From: Bacteroidetes bacterium CG2_30_33_31
GTDB lineage: Bacteria; Bacteroidota; Bacteroidia; Bacteroidales; UBA1556
DNA: 64,000 nucleotides
Direction of reading: 5' to 3'
Assembly: GCA_001872625.1 (NCBI GenBank)
Contig: MNXP01000021.1
Coordinates: forward strand, 2,052-66,051
Within the stretch, counting starts at the first letter, position 1. Each line of letters begins with the position of its first letter. Both the position numbers and the translations under genes were made by a program. Of the stretch, positions 51,765-61,481 are shown piece by piece. The notes under the pieces were generated by a model, which worked only from the letters and a program-made list of their open reading frames with translations, did no database searches and was not told the DNA's origin.

Positions 51765-54629
51765 ATGGTACAAAATATATTTAATCAACGACATATTGGT
51801 CCAAATACCGAGGAGACCAAATTAATGTTGAATGAGATTGGGGTTTCAAGCCTCGACGAACTTATAAATCAAACTATCCCACAAAGTATACGATTAGAAA
51901 AGGATCTTGATTTGCCAAAAGGCATTTCAGAATACGAATTTCTGAGCTTAATGAAGAATCTTGCATCAAAAAACAAAGTTTTCAGATCATTCATAGGCAT
52001 GGGTTATTATGACACAATTATGCCATCGGTAATTCAAAGAAATATATTGGAAAATCCTTCTTGGTATACTTCCTATACTCCCTATCAAGCTGAAATATCA
52101 CAAGGAAGATTAGAAGCTTTATTGAATTTTCAAACAGTAATTTCTGAATTGACACAGTTGCCAATAGCAAATTGCTCACTTTTAGATGAAGGAACTGCCG
52201 CTGCTGAAGCAATGGTTTTGGCTTTTGGTTCGCGTTCACGTCAAAGTGTAAAAGATGGAAATAATATGTTCTTTATAGATGAAAAAATGTTCCCACAAAC
52301 TATTGATGTGCTTAAAACCAGAGCATTAAATAGAAATATCGACATTTTTATTGGCAATCCCGACACTTATATTTTTACTGAAAAAGTCTTTGGAGCAATT
52401 ATTCAATATACAGATAAATTTGGTAAAATTAATGATTACAGCGCATTTATAGAAAAAGCCCATCAAAATAACTCGGTGGTTGCCATGGCCGCTGATTTAA
52501 TGAGCTTGCTCGTTTTGAAATCTCCCGGTGAAATGGGCGTTGATATTGCTTTTGGTTCAACACAACGTTTTGGAATTCCAATGGGATTTGGTGGCCCACA
52601 TGCTGCTTATTTTGCCGTAACCGAAACATATAAAAGAAATATTCCTGGAAGAATTATTGGAATTTCTGTTGATCATCAAGGCAATAGAGCTCTTAGAATG
52701 GCACTTCAGACCAGAGAACAACATATAAAGAGAGAAAAAGCTACCTCCAATATTTGTACTGCTCAGGCTCTTTTAGCTACTATGGCTGGAATGTATGCCA
52801 TTTATCATGGTAAATCAGGGCTTAAATCTATTGCTAAAGATATTCATGCTTTGGCTGTAATTCTCTCATCTGAAATTATCAAATTAGGTTATCAACAGCT
52901 CAACGATAATTTTTTTGACACACTTTATGTTGAAATTCCAAAGGGAGTTTACATAAATGAAATTAAAAAACAAACAGAAAAATTGAATATTAATCTTGCT
53001 TATTTCGATGATAAGCATGTAGGTATTAGCATTGATGAAACAAAGTCTATACAGGATTTAAAAGATTTATTGCTTGTATTATCAAGTCTTGTTTCCAAAG
53101 ATATTGAACTATCAAACTCCTACAATGCTGATGATTACATTGATAAAAATATCGCACCTAAATTTATTCGTACCTCAGATTATCTTAATCACAAAATTTT
53201 CAGATCATATCAGTCTGAAACTGCAATGATGAGATATATTAAAAAACTAGAAAACCGAGATTTATCGCTTAATACCTCAATGATTCCGCTTGGTTCTTGC
53301 ACCATGAAATTGAATGCTGCTTCAGAAATGATTCCGCTGAGCTGGCCTGAATTAGGAGCAATTCATCCTTTTGCCCCTAAAAATCAAACTTTAGGTTATC
53401 AAGCAATTATTAAAGAATTAGCAGAATCGCTATGTAAAATTACTGGATTCGATGATATTACTTTTCAACCTAATAGCGGTGCCTCTGGCGAATATGCTGG
53501 CCTAATAACAATTATGAGCTTTCATAGAGCAAATGGACAAGGACACAGAAATCTTTGTTTAATTCCTTCATCTGCACATGGAACAAACCCGGCATCAGCT
53601 GTAATGGCTGGTATGGAAGTTATGGTGGTAAACACTAAGGATGACGGTGAAATTGATTTGCTTGATTTGAGGACAAAAGCTGAAGAAAACAAAGATAGAC
53701 TTGCTGCTTTGATGATTACATACCCTTCAACTCATGGGGTTTTTGAAGAATCCGTTATAGAAGTTGTAAAAATAATTCATGATAATGGTGGTCAAGTTTA
53801 TATGGATGGAGCCAATATGAATGCTCAGGTTGGATACACAAATCCTGGACATATTGGAGCAGATGTTTGTCATTTGAATCTCCATAAAACATTTGCAATT
53901 CCTCATGGCGGCGGCGGTCCAGGAGTTGGCCCAATTGCAACAGCAAAGCATTTGAGCAAATTTTTGCCGGGTCATGTTTTTTCAATCGAAGAATCTAGCA
54001 AATCCAATACAGCGGTAGCTTCGGCACCTTACGGAAGTGCAATGATATTGCCTATATCTTTTGGCTATATAAAAATGCTTGGCGGTGATGGCCTTAAAGA
54101 GGCGACAGCTTATGCCATCTTAAATGCAAATTACATTAAAGCAAAACTCGAAAATCATTATCAAATACTTTTCTCTGGCAAAAATGGAAGAGTTGCTCAT
54201 GAGCTTATTCTCGACTGCAATAAATATCTGAAAACTGCAAATGTGCCAGTTATCGATATTGCCAAAAGGCTAATGGATTATGGCTTTCATGCTCCTACGG
54301 TGGCATTCCCCGTTCATGGTACTTTGATGGTTGAGCCCACTGAAAGCGAGCCACTTGCCGAAATTGATAGGTTTATTGAAGCAATGATTTCTATAAGAAA
54401 AGAAATTGCTGATATTGAGAATGGCATGGCAGATAAAGATAATAATGTTGTGGTAAATGCACCGCATACAATGGCAATGGTTACTGGCGAAGAATGGACA
54501 ATGCCTTATTCAAGAGAAACTGCTGCTTTCCCATCAAATCATGTTAAAGAGTCTAAATTCTGGCCTTTTATTACAAAGATTGATGATGGTTATGGCGATA
54601 GAAATCTAATGTGTACTTGCGAACTCTAA
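51765..54629 (+). CDS. gcvP: Glycine dehydrogenase (decarboxylating), P protein
   Basis: YTPYQAEISQGRLE, REKATSNICTAQ, HLNLHKTF, DRNL.C.C. Confidence 0.98.
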   Translation: MVQNIFNQRHIGPNTEETKLMLNEIGVSSLDELINQTIPQSIRLEKDLDLPKGISEYEFLSLMKNLASKNKVFRSFIGMGYYDTIMPSVIQRNILENPSWYTSYTPYQAEISQGRLEALLNFQTVISELTQLPIANCSLLDEGTAAAEAMVLAFGSRSRQSVKDGNNMFFIDEKMFPQTIDVLKTRALNRNIDIFIGNPDTYIFTEKVFGAIIQYTDKFGKINDYSAFIEKAHQNNSVVAMAADLMSLLVLKSPGEMGVDIAFGSTQRFGIPMGFGGPHAAYFAVTETYKRNIPGRIIGISVDHQGNRALRMALQTREQHIKREKATSNICTAQALLATMAGMYAIYHGKSGLKSIAKDIHALAVILSSEIIKLGYQQLNDNFFDTLYVEIPKGVYINEIKKQTEKLNINLAYFDDKHVGISIDETKSIQDLKDLLLVLSSLVSKDIELSNSYNADDYIDKNIAPKFIRTSDYLNHKIFRSYQSETAMMRYIKKLENRDLSLNTSMIPLGSCTMKLNAASEMIPLSWPELGAIHPFAPKNQTLGYQAIIKELAESLCKITGFDDITFQPNSGASGEYAGLITIMSFHRANGQGHRNLCLIPSSAHGTNPASAVMAGMEVMVVNTKDDGEIDLLDLRTKAEENKDRLAALMITYPSTHGVFEESVIEVVKIIHDNGGQVYMDGANMNAQVGYTNPGHIGADVCHLNLHKTFAIPHGGGGPGVGPIATAKHLSKFLPGHVFSIEESSKSNTAVASAPYGSAMILPISFGYIKMLGGDGLKEATAYAILNANYIKAKLENHYQILFSGKNGRVAHELILDCNKYLKTANVPVIDIAKRLMDYGFHAPTVAFPVHGTLMVEPTESEPLAEIDRFIEAMISIRKEIADIENGMADKDNNVVVNAPHTMAMVTGEEWTMPYSRETAAFPSNHVKESKFWPFITKIDDGYGDRNLMCTCEL

Positions 54630-54766
54630 AACCATAAAAATAAATGATCTAAACAACCTTTTTGATATTATTTTGTCTGTTTTTTCAATTCGAGCGAAAA
54701 TATTTATATTTTTGCTGAGCGTTTTTTACAAATCAAGAAATATTATAAACCTATAAACAATTAATT

Positions 54767-56077
54767 ATGAGAAAAATTTACCTTACTTTGGCATTGATAA
54801 TCGGCTTCGGTTGGTCCTATGCACAAAACAATCAATTACCTGTTCTTAAAAAAGAATCAACCCAGTTTACAAAAGCTGAAATGGAACAGAAAGCCAATTC
54901 AGTTAGAAAATACATTAGCAACAGAGACGCATCAAGCAGCAAGGCTACATTATCGCGTTGGTATGGTTTTGCTTTTGCGATAGACGATAAACTTGGAAAT
55001 ATTGCAACCGCCGGAGCTAATAATATTTGGCCAGATACTACAGTTTTAGTTAATTATGGTTCATCGGGATACAGCGGACCATGGATTCATGCTATTGGTG
55101 AATGTATTAACCCAGTTTCTGATTGGTTTGACCCGGCAGTTCCTACTGATTTAGACATAAATAAATATATGTCATATTCAGTGGATAGCATCAACTTCTA
55201 TGGCTTTTATAATAGAACAGCAGCTCACTCTAGTGCTGTGGATACTATTGCTATTCAGCTTCTTGCTAATGGTGATGGAAATTATCAATGGAATCAAAGT
55301 AATAATCCTTGGGTTATGACAGATTATGGTACAGATACATTGTTATTTAAAGGAATAAAACATGCATCATTAATAAATTACTCAACAAGTTCAATTTATA
55401 CTACTATTAAATTTCCTTTAACAGCAGGGATGCAAAATGATACACTTTCAAACGGAGTTAATTTCTTTCAAATTCCTGTTAATTTACAAGTTCCAGCAGG
55501 TCAAGTTTTTGTAGCATCAATTAGATTTATTCCTGGTTATACTTGGACTGCTAATGTTGATACAATAGATAATTTAAATTCATTGCGCTTTATTTCTTAC
55601 GAAGAAAATGGCGATGGCGGCGGAAGTGGTACACTTCCATCATACACTAAACGCGATTGGAATTGCTCATATATTCTTTCGCAACAATCGATGTATAATG
55701 CTGCAAGTGCTGTGTTTATGCCATCTTATGGCTATACTGCACCTTTCGGTTATGAGCATCATTGGTTAGAGTTTTTACTCACTTCAAATCAAACAAGTAT
55801 TGCTACCTCAAGCGCAAGCAATCTTTCAGTTTCTCAAAATCAACCAAATCCATTTAATGGAACCACAACAATTGAATATTCTATCAACACTAAAGCTAAT
55901 GTAATGTTGAACGTTTATAATGTGGCTGGCGCAAAAGTTTTAACGATAGATGAAGGCACAAAAGCTGCTGGAAATCATTCTATTAAAATAAATTCTTCTA
56001 ATTTGAAATCAGGAGTTTATTACTACTCTGTTAATGCTGGTGATTATAAAATTACAAAGAAAATGATTGTTTATTAA
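54767..56077 (+). CDS. T9SS type A sorting domain-containing secreted protein
   Basis: Signal peptide and C-terminal QNQPNPF...L.SGVYYY...TKKMIV. Confidence 0.85.
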   Translation: MRKIYLTLALIIGFGWSYAQNNQLPVLKKESTQFTKAEMEQKANSVRKYISNRDASSSKATLSRWYGFAFAIDDKLGNIATAGANNIWPDTTVLVNYGSSGYSGPWIHAIGECINPVSDWFDPAVPTDLDINKYMSYSVDSINFYGFYNRTAAHSSAVDTIAIQLLANGDGNYQWNQSNNPWVMTDYGTDTLLFKGIKHASLINYSTSSIYTTIKFPLTAGMQNDTLSNGVNFFQIPVNLQVPAGQVFVASIRFIPGYTWTANVDTIDNLNSLRFISYEENGDGGGSGTLPSYTKRDWNCSYILSQQSMYNAASAVFMPSYGYTAPFGYEHHWLEFLLTSNQTSIATSSASNLSVSQNQPNPFNGTTTIEYSINTKANVMLNVYNVAGAKVLTIDEGTKAAGNHSIKINSSNLKSGVYYYSVNAGDYKITKKMIVY

Positions 56078-56099
56078 TCATTATTCTACTAAAGGAAAT

Positions 56100-56126
56100 G
56101 CTGCTCTTAGGGGCAGCTTTTTTTTT
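56100..56126 (+). terminator. Intrinsic terminator
   Basis: GCTGCTC-TTA-GGGCAGC plus T run. Confidence 0.75.
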
Positions 56127-56233
56127 GAAAGCAATTTTATTTCAGCAATATAATTCAATATTATTTTACAGAAAATATATTAATATTAAAAGAGACACCA
56201 AAAGTTCTCTTGAAATAATTTTTATAATAAAAC

Positions 56234-56263
56234 TTTGAAGTTCAAAATATTTTTATACTTTTG
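56234..56263 (+). promoter_or_regulatory. Bacteroidota -33/-7 promoter of rplU-rpmA
   Basis: TTTG-N18-TACTTTTG. Confidence 0.7.
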
Positions 56264-56303
56264 CACACCATTTTATAAATGATATTTAAATACAATCAAA
56301 TAG

Positions 56304-56618
56304 ATGTACGCAATAGTAGAAATCGCCGGTCAACAGTTCAAAGTGGAGAAAGATCAATCGATCTTTGTTCATAGATTGGAGGGCGAAGAAGGCAGTAGCG
56401 TAGATTTTGACCAAGTTTTTTTAATTGAGAACGACAGCAAAATCAACGTCGGAACACCTCTTGTTGAAGGTGCCAAAGTTTCCGCAAAAATCCTAACACA
56501 CCTTAAAGGTGACAAAGTAATTGTTTTCAAAAAGAAACTTCGTAAAGGTTATCGTAAAAAAAATGGCCACCGCCAATATTTTACAAAAATTCTTATTGAA
56601 AATATTAAAGAAAATTAG
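56304..56618 (+). CDS. rplU: 50S ribosomal protein L21
   Basis: MYAIVEIAGQQFKV, GHRQ. Confidence 0.98.
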   Translation: MYAIVEIAGQQFKVEKDQSIFVHRLEGEEGSSVDFDQVFLIENDSKINVGTPLVEGAKVSAKILTHLKGDKVIVFKKKLRKGYRKKNGHRQYFTKILIENIKEN

Positions 56619-56642
56619 TTTTAACCATTAAAATCGAAAGTT

Positions 56643-56900
56643 ATGGCTCATAAAAAAGGTGCCGGTAGTTCTAGAAATGGACGCGAATCAGAAAGCAAAC
56701 GCCTTGGCGTAAAGAAATTTGGTGGTGAACAAGTAGTTGCTGGCAATATTATTATAAGACAAAGAGGTACAACACACCATGCTGGTCTTAATGTAGGTAT
56801 GGGAAGAGATCATACTCTATTTGCCCTGATTGATGGCATGGTTGCTTTTAGAAAGAAAAAAGATAATCGCTCCTACGTCAGCGTTGTTGGTGAAGAATAG
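56643..56900 (+). CDS. rpmA: 50S ribosomal protein L27
   Basis: [21 protein letters not shown]. Confidence 0.98.
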   Translation: MAHKKGAGSSRNGRESESKRLGVKKFGGEQVVAGNIIIRQRGTTHHAGLNVGMGRDHTLFALIDGMVAFRKKKDNRSYVSVVGEE

Positions 56901-56921
56901 CTACTCCAAAAATATTTATTT

Positions 56922-56948
56922 AAAGGTCGGTTTTGCCGACCTTTTTTT
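56922..56948 (+). terminator. Intrinsic terminator after rpmA
   Basis: AAAGGTCGG-TTTTG-CCGACCTTT plus T run. Confidence 0.85.
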
Positions 56949-57046
56949 ATGGATAAAGATGCAATATTTTAAATAAATTTTAGTTAATCAAAAGTTCATT
57001 AATTGCAAGGTTTATTTGGTATTGAACTCAATTTTTATTTTCAATT

Positions 57047-59380
57047 ATGATAAGATACTCTTCCTTAATTATTTTTCTTTTATTATCTTTTTTCCAAGGC
57101 AAGGCTCAAATTCCAATAGGGCAGTGGAGAGAACATCTTCCATATAATCAAGCTACTGCAATTGCAGAAGATGGCTTTGACAGGGTCTATTGTGCCACAC
57201 AATTTAGCCTTTTCTACTATAGTCGACTTGATGAAAGCATAAATAAAATGAATAGCATCAATAGTTTATCGGACATTGGCGTGAGTTCAATAAATTTTGA
57301 CAAGGTTTCCAAAACATTATTTATTGGATATGCAAATGGAAATATTGACCTTCTGATTGATGATAAAATTTATAATATTTCAGACCTCAAAAGAAAGCAA
57401 ATGATTGGAAGCAAAAGGATAAACAGTATTTTGTTTTCTGATGAAATGGCTTATATTTCCACCGATTTTGGCGTTATTGTGTTTGATATCAAAAATAGAG
57501 AGATACTCGATACATATTATATTGGTATTGGAGGCAAAGCATTGAAAGTATTCAAAATGCTTATAGATTCTCAAAACATCTACGCAGCCACAAATGAAGG
57601 TATTTATATTGCCAATAAAAATAATTCAAATTTAGCTAATTATCAAAATTGGCACCGCGATGAAACAATTAATAATTATGCTGCTAAATTCAATCAAATA
57701 ACTGTTTATAAAGAACAAATTATTGTTAATCAGGCTGGTAACACCTATGGTACAGATACAATGTATATTAATAATAATGGCATTTGGAAGCATTTTAAGC
57801 CTTTCAAAAATGGCCCATTCACTGTTCTTAAAGCTTATAATGATACTTTAATTGTGGGGGAAGAATATGGTTTTACGTATTTTTACAATAATCTTCTCGA
57901 TTCTTTTATTGTATTTAATTACAACCAAGGAGTAAACGATAATGAAATGCCAATGCCAAGGGATATAGTAGTTGATAATAAAGGAATAGTTTGGATAGCA
58001 GATAAGACTCGATCGTTGGTTCGCAATCCTATAGCTTGGAGTTATCAGATAATTATTCCCTCTGGACCCGAATCAAAAAATGCTACTGCAATGTCGTTGG
58101 AAAATGGCAAACTCTTGGTTGCCTCGGGTGGTAGAGAACCCACAGGCGCAAATTTATATATTAATCAAGGTGTTTATGAATTTGCCGATGAAAAATGGAC
58201 TTCATATAATAAAAGAAATAATTCTGTATTTGATACCATTAGCGATGTTATTTCTGTAGTTGTGAATCCTGAAAAATCGAACGAAATGTTTGTTGGTACT
58301 TGGGGTCAAGGGCTTATAAAAATGATTAATGGAAAAGTTGTTGCATCATATAATTCAAATAATTCTACTTTGGAGCAGGCATCAAATCGCCCTAAATTCA
58401 TCGGAATCAGCGGTTTGTGTTTTGATAGTGACAACAATCTATGGGTAGTCAACACTTCTACACCAAATGGATTATCGATGCTGAGTCCCAAAGGTGTTTG
58501 GAAATCTTATAGTCTTTCACCTTTCGTTAATGAAGATTTAACTGGTGACATCATTATTGATGACTTAAATCAAAAATGGATAGTGCTTCCGCGAGGAAAT
58601 GGAATATTAGTTTATAATGATAATTTTACTTTGGATAATCCTTGGGACGATCAAAAGAAATTATTGAATGGGAGTGTTGGGAATGGTAAATTGCCGAGCA
58701 GCGAAGTTTTTAGCATAGCAAAAGATTTAGATGGCGAAATATGGGTTGGTACTGCAAAAGGTGTGGCGGTTTTTTATTCCCCTGAGCTTATTTTTAGTGG
58801 CCATGAGTTCGATGCACAACAAATTTATATAGACCAGGCCGGTATTTCGCAATATCTTCTTGAGTCTGAAGAGGTCAGCGCCATAGCTATTGATGGTGCA
58901 AACAGAAAATGGTTTGGGACTCATAATGCTGGTGTTTTTCTAATGTCTGCTGATGGATCTAAATTGATACATAATTTTAATATTGATAACAGTCCATTGC
59001 TTTCTAATAATATTTTTAGTATCGCTATTGACAAAATTAGCGGTGAAGTATTTTTTGCAACGGAAAATGGAATAATCTCTTATAGAAGTGATGCCACTGC
59101 TGGCAGCGAAACAAATGCCGCTGTTAAAATTTTTCCAAATCCTGTGAGACCTGAATATTCTGGAAATATTGCAATCTCAGGATTGGTAGCTAATTCTTCA
59201 ATAAAAATTACAGATATTGCTGGAAACTTGATATATGAAACCAATGCAAATGGTGGAGAAGCCTTATGGAATGGTAAAAATTATTCTGGCAATAGAGCTG
59301 CTACTGGCGTCTATTTAGTGTTTTCTACAAATGAAGATGGCTCACAAACAAAAGTCGCCAAAATTCTCTTTATTCATTAA
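57047..59380 (+). CDS. porZ: T9SS PorZ-like beta-propeller protein with type A CTD
   Basis: GQWREHLPY, DGANRKW.GT, FPNPVRP, position upstream of recO. Confidence 0.85.
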   Translation: MIRYSSLIIFLLLSFFQGKAQIPIGQWREHLPYNQATAIAEDGFDRVYCATQFSLFYYSRLDESINKMNSINSLSDIGVSSINFDKVSKTLFIGYANGNIDLLIDDKIYNISDLKRKQMIGSKRINSILFSDEMAYISTDFGVIVFDIKNREILDTYYIGIGGKALKVFKMLIDSQNIYAATNEGIYIANKNNSNLANYQNWHRDETINNYAAKFNQITVYKEQIIVNQAGNTYGTDTMYINNNGIWKHFKPFKNGPFTVLKAYNDTLIVGEEYGFTYFYNNLLDSFIVFNYNQGVNDNEMPMPRDIVVDNKGIVWIADKTRSLVRNPIAWSYQIIIPSGPESKNATAMSLENGKLLVASGGREPTGANLYINQGVYEFADEKWTSYNKRNNSVFDTISDVISVVVNPEKSNEMFVGTWGQGLIKMINGKVVASYNSNNSTLEQASNRPKFIGISGLCFDSDNNLWVVNTSTPNGLSMLSPKGVWKSYSLSPFVNEDLTGDIIIDDLNQKWIVLPRGNGILVYNDNFTLDNPWDDQKKLLNGSVGNGKLPSSEVFSIAKDLDGEIWVGTAKGVAVFYSPELIFSGHEFDAQQIYIDQAGISQYLLESEEVSAIAIDGANRKWFGTHNAGVFLMSADGSKLIHNFNIDNSPLLSNNIFSIAIDKISGEVFFATENGIISYRSDATAGSETNAAVKIFPNPVRPEYSGNIAISGLVANSSIKITDIAGNLIYETNANGGEALWNGKNYSGNRAATGVYLVFSTNEDGSQTKVAKILFIH

Positions 59381-59389
59381 TTTTGCCCC

Positions 59390-60109
59390 ATGCTTTACAA
59401 AAGTCCGGCAATTGTTTTATCCAAAATGAACTATTCCGAATCAGGGATGATTGTGAGGCTTTATACCAAAAAATTTGGTCTGCTTTCCATACTTCAAAAA
59501 GGTATTAGAACATCTAAAGGTAAAAAAGCTTCTCTATTTCAACCTCTTAGCATTTTGGAAATTGTAATATCATTGAATGAAAAAAAAGATTTGCATTTTA
59601 CCAGAGAAATTAGCCTCAGATATAATCTTCACAATTTACATTATGATGTAGTTAAAACCTCCTTAGCTTTTTTTATTTCTGAACTCATTTCTAAATCAAT
59701 TCATGAAAGAGAAGAAAATTCACTTCTTTATGATTTTTTAGAAAAAAGTATTCTTTTTCTTGATGAAACTTCAGAATCAGTGTCAAATTTTCATTTAGTA
59801 TTTATGCTTAAATATGCGTCAATGTTGGGTTTTGGAATAGAAAATCCTCGAAATAAAATAGATAAATATTTTGATATGCAGAAAGGAGTATTCTCTCAAA
59901 TACCTACACATAGCCAATTTCTAAACCTTGAGTCAAGTGGTATTTTGATGCAAATTATTGATAAAAATTATTTGACTATGAATAATGTTTTTATGTCAAA
60001 TAAACAGCGAAATGAGACAATAGATTTTTTAATAGAATTTTATTATTTGCACATTGAAGGTATCCGACAACTAAAATCAAAGGAAGTTTTGAAGATGCTT
60101 TTTGAATAA
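59390..60109 (+). CDS. recO: DNA repair protein RecO
   Basis: AIVL...YSES..IV..YT..FG, FQPL, LKS..VL. Confidence 0.9.
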   Translation: MLYKSPAIVLSKMNYSESGMIVRLYTKKFGLLSILQKGIRTSKGKKASLFQPLSILEIVISLNEKKDLHFTREISLRYNLHNLHYDVVKTSLAFFISELISKSIHEREENSLLYDFLEKSILFLDETSESVSNFHLVFMLKYASMLGFGIENPRNKIDKYFDMQKGVFSQIPTHSQFLNLESSGILMQIIDKNYLTMNNVFMSNKQRNETIDFLIEFYYLHIEGIRQLKSKEVLKMLFE

Positions 60110-60170
60110 TATAGGAGGAATTCTATCGTCAAAGGTTTTTTAGAGTTTAGAATTTTCAAAAACAAATATT

Positions 60171-60407
60171 TTAATAACATTCCCAAACAATAGAATCGGT
60201 TCCGCTAATAACTGGAGCAGCATTTTCTTTGGCAAAAAGGTCGTTACCACAAAATTCAATAGGATCTTGCCTGTCTATCACATTGCTGGTGCCAGTTTTA
60301 TAGGTTACAACTTCACAGCTTTTGCAGCTATCCTCTGGCACGCAAGAGTTTAAAAAAGCTGTTGCCATTATTACCAATAAGCCCAAAAATATTTGATTAA
60401 ATTTCAT
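60171..60407 (-). CDS. Small Cys-rich lipoprotein
   Basis: LNSC lipobox, CKSC, FCG, terminal ECY. Confidence 0.6.
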   Translation of the reverse strand: MKFNQIFLGLLVIMATAFLNSCVPEDSCKSCEVVTYKTGTSNVIDRQDPIEFCGNDLFAKENAAPVISGTDSIVWECY

Positions 60408-60458
60408 GATACAATTATTTAATAATATAGACTTCAAAATTAACTAATTTTGCTATTT

Positions 60459-61004
60459 ATGATTGAAAGAACTTTTAAAATATTAGTTTTACTTATGACA
60501 ACATTTTATATGTCGGGTTGTTCAAGTAACAATGATGATGCCATGCGCTATTTTGAGGATCGTTATTTTGCAATTGAAAAAGTGATTGATGCGGATACTG
60601 ATTTTCAGAATTCTTTGGAAAAAATTTTGAGCGAGAATGCTGATGATACTTTATTTGGTGATGAATATATTGCCATAATTGATGAAATAAATTTTAAATT
60701 CAATACTTTGGCTAATGTAATAAATGAATTGAAAGTCAATAATTTGCTAGAAGAAACCAATGATAATAATCTCAATAGAGCTTATCGACTGTTGATTGAA
60801 ACTTATAGAGAAGTAATTGAGAGCGATTACTCGCAAATAGTAGAGTTAGTTAAAAATTCCGACCATGGGGAAGAGGAATCAAACCAAAAATTCAATACTT
60901 TATATACAAATGCTTCTGATAAATTAAACAAAAAGGTTGATTTATTTTATGAAGCCTTGCACGAATATTCCATTGCAAAAGATTTAGAAATTGATTTGAA
61001 GTAG
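60459..61004 (+). CDS. Hypothetical helical lipoprotein
   Basis: MSGC lipobox and acidic helical body. Confidence 0.6.
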   Translation: MIERTFKILVLLMTTFYMSGCSSNNDDAMRYFEDRYFAIEKVIDADTDFQNSLEKILSENADDTLFGDEYIAIIDEINFKFNTLANVINELKVNNLLEETNDNNLNRAYRLLIETYREVIESDYSQIVELVKNSDHGEEESNQKFNTLYTNASDKLNKKVDLFYEALHEYSIAKDLEIDLK

Positions 61005-61051
61005 CTCCAATACTTGCAATATGAGTTAAGGATTAAAAGAAGCAAAAAAAA

Positions 61052-61086
61052 CAGAGCCATTAGGGTTTTATGCAATAATGGCTCTG
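61052..61086. terminator. Terminator hairpin between convergent genes
   Basis: CAGAGCCATTA-N13-TAATGGCTCTG. Confidence 0.7.
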
Positions 61087-61116
61087 AATTTTTAAAAGTA
61101 TTTTAAATAAATTAAA

Positions 61117-61443
61117 CTATTTAATCACAGCAAGAAGAGAATTTTTAGGAACAATATCCCCAATTTTTACATTTACACTTTCAATGATTCCTGCCATTGG
61201 AGCAATGATTTTATTTTTCATTTTCATTGCCTCTAGAATTAAAATAATATCACCTTTTGCGACTTTAGATCCCGCTTTTATATTTATTTCGGTTATAGTT
61301 CCTGGAATAAAAGAGTGAATTTCTTTAATCTTTATTTTAGAATAAGCCTTACGGCTTTTAAATTTTGTTGTCAAAATCGTACGATAGGTGGCATCACCTA
61401 TGGTAAAATCGCTATAATCATTGTTTATATTTTCTTCCATCAT
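61117..61443 (-). CDS. Biotin carboxyl carrier protein
   Basis: EAMKM biotinylation motif. Confidence 0.92.
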   Translation of the reverse strand: MMEENINNDYSDFTIGDATYRTILTTKFKSRKAYSKIKIKEIHSFIPGTITEINIKAGSKVAKGDIILILEAMKMKNKIIAPMAGIIESVNVKIGDIVPKNSLLAVIK

Positions 61444-61481
61444 TCAAATTTTTTATTGATTAATAATATTGATATTAAATT

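Noticed and set aside
42225-56943. Shared AGGTCGG/CCGACCT stem at 42225 and 56924 as a REP-like repeat
   Set aside because: Only two copies of a 7-bp stem, both explained as ordinary terminators.
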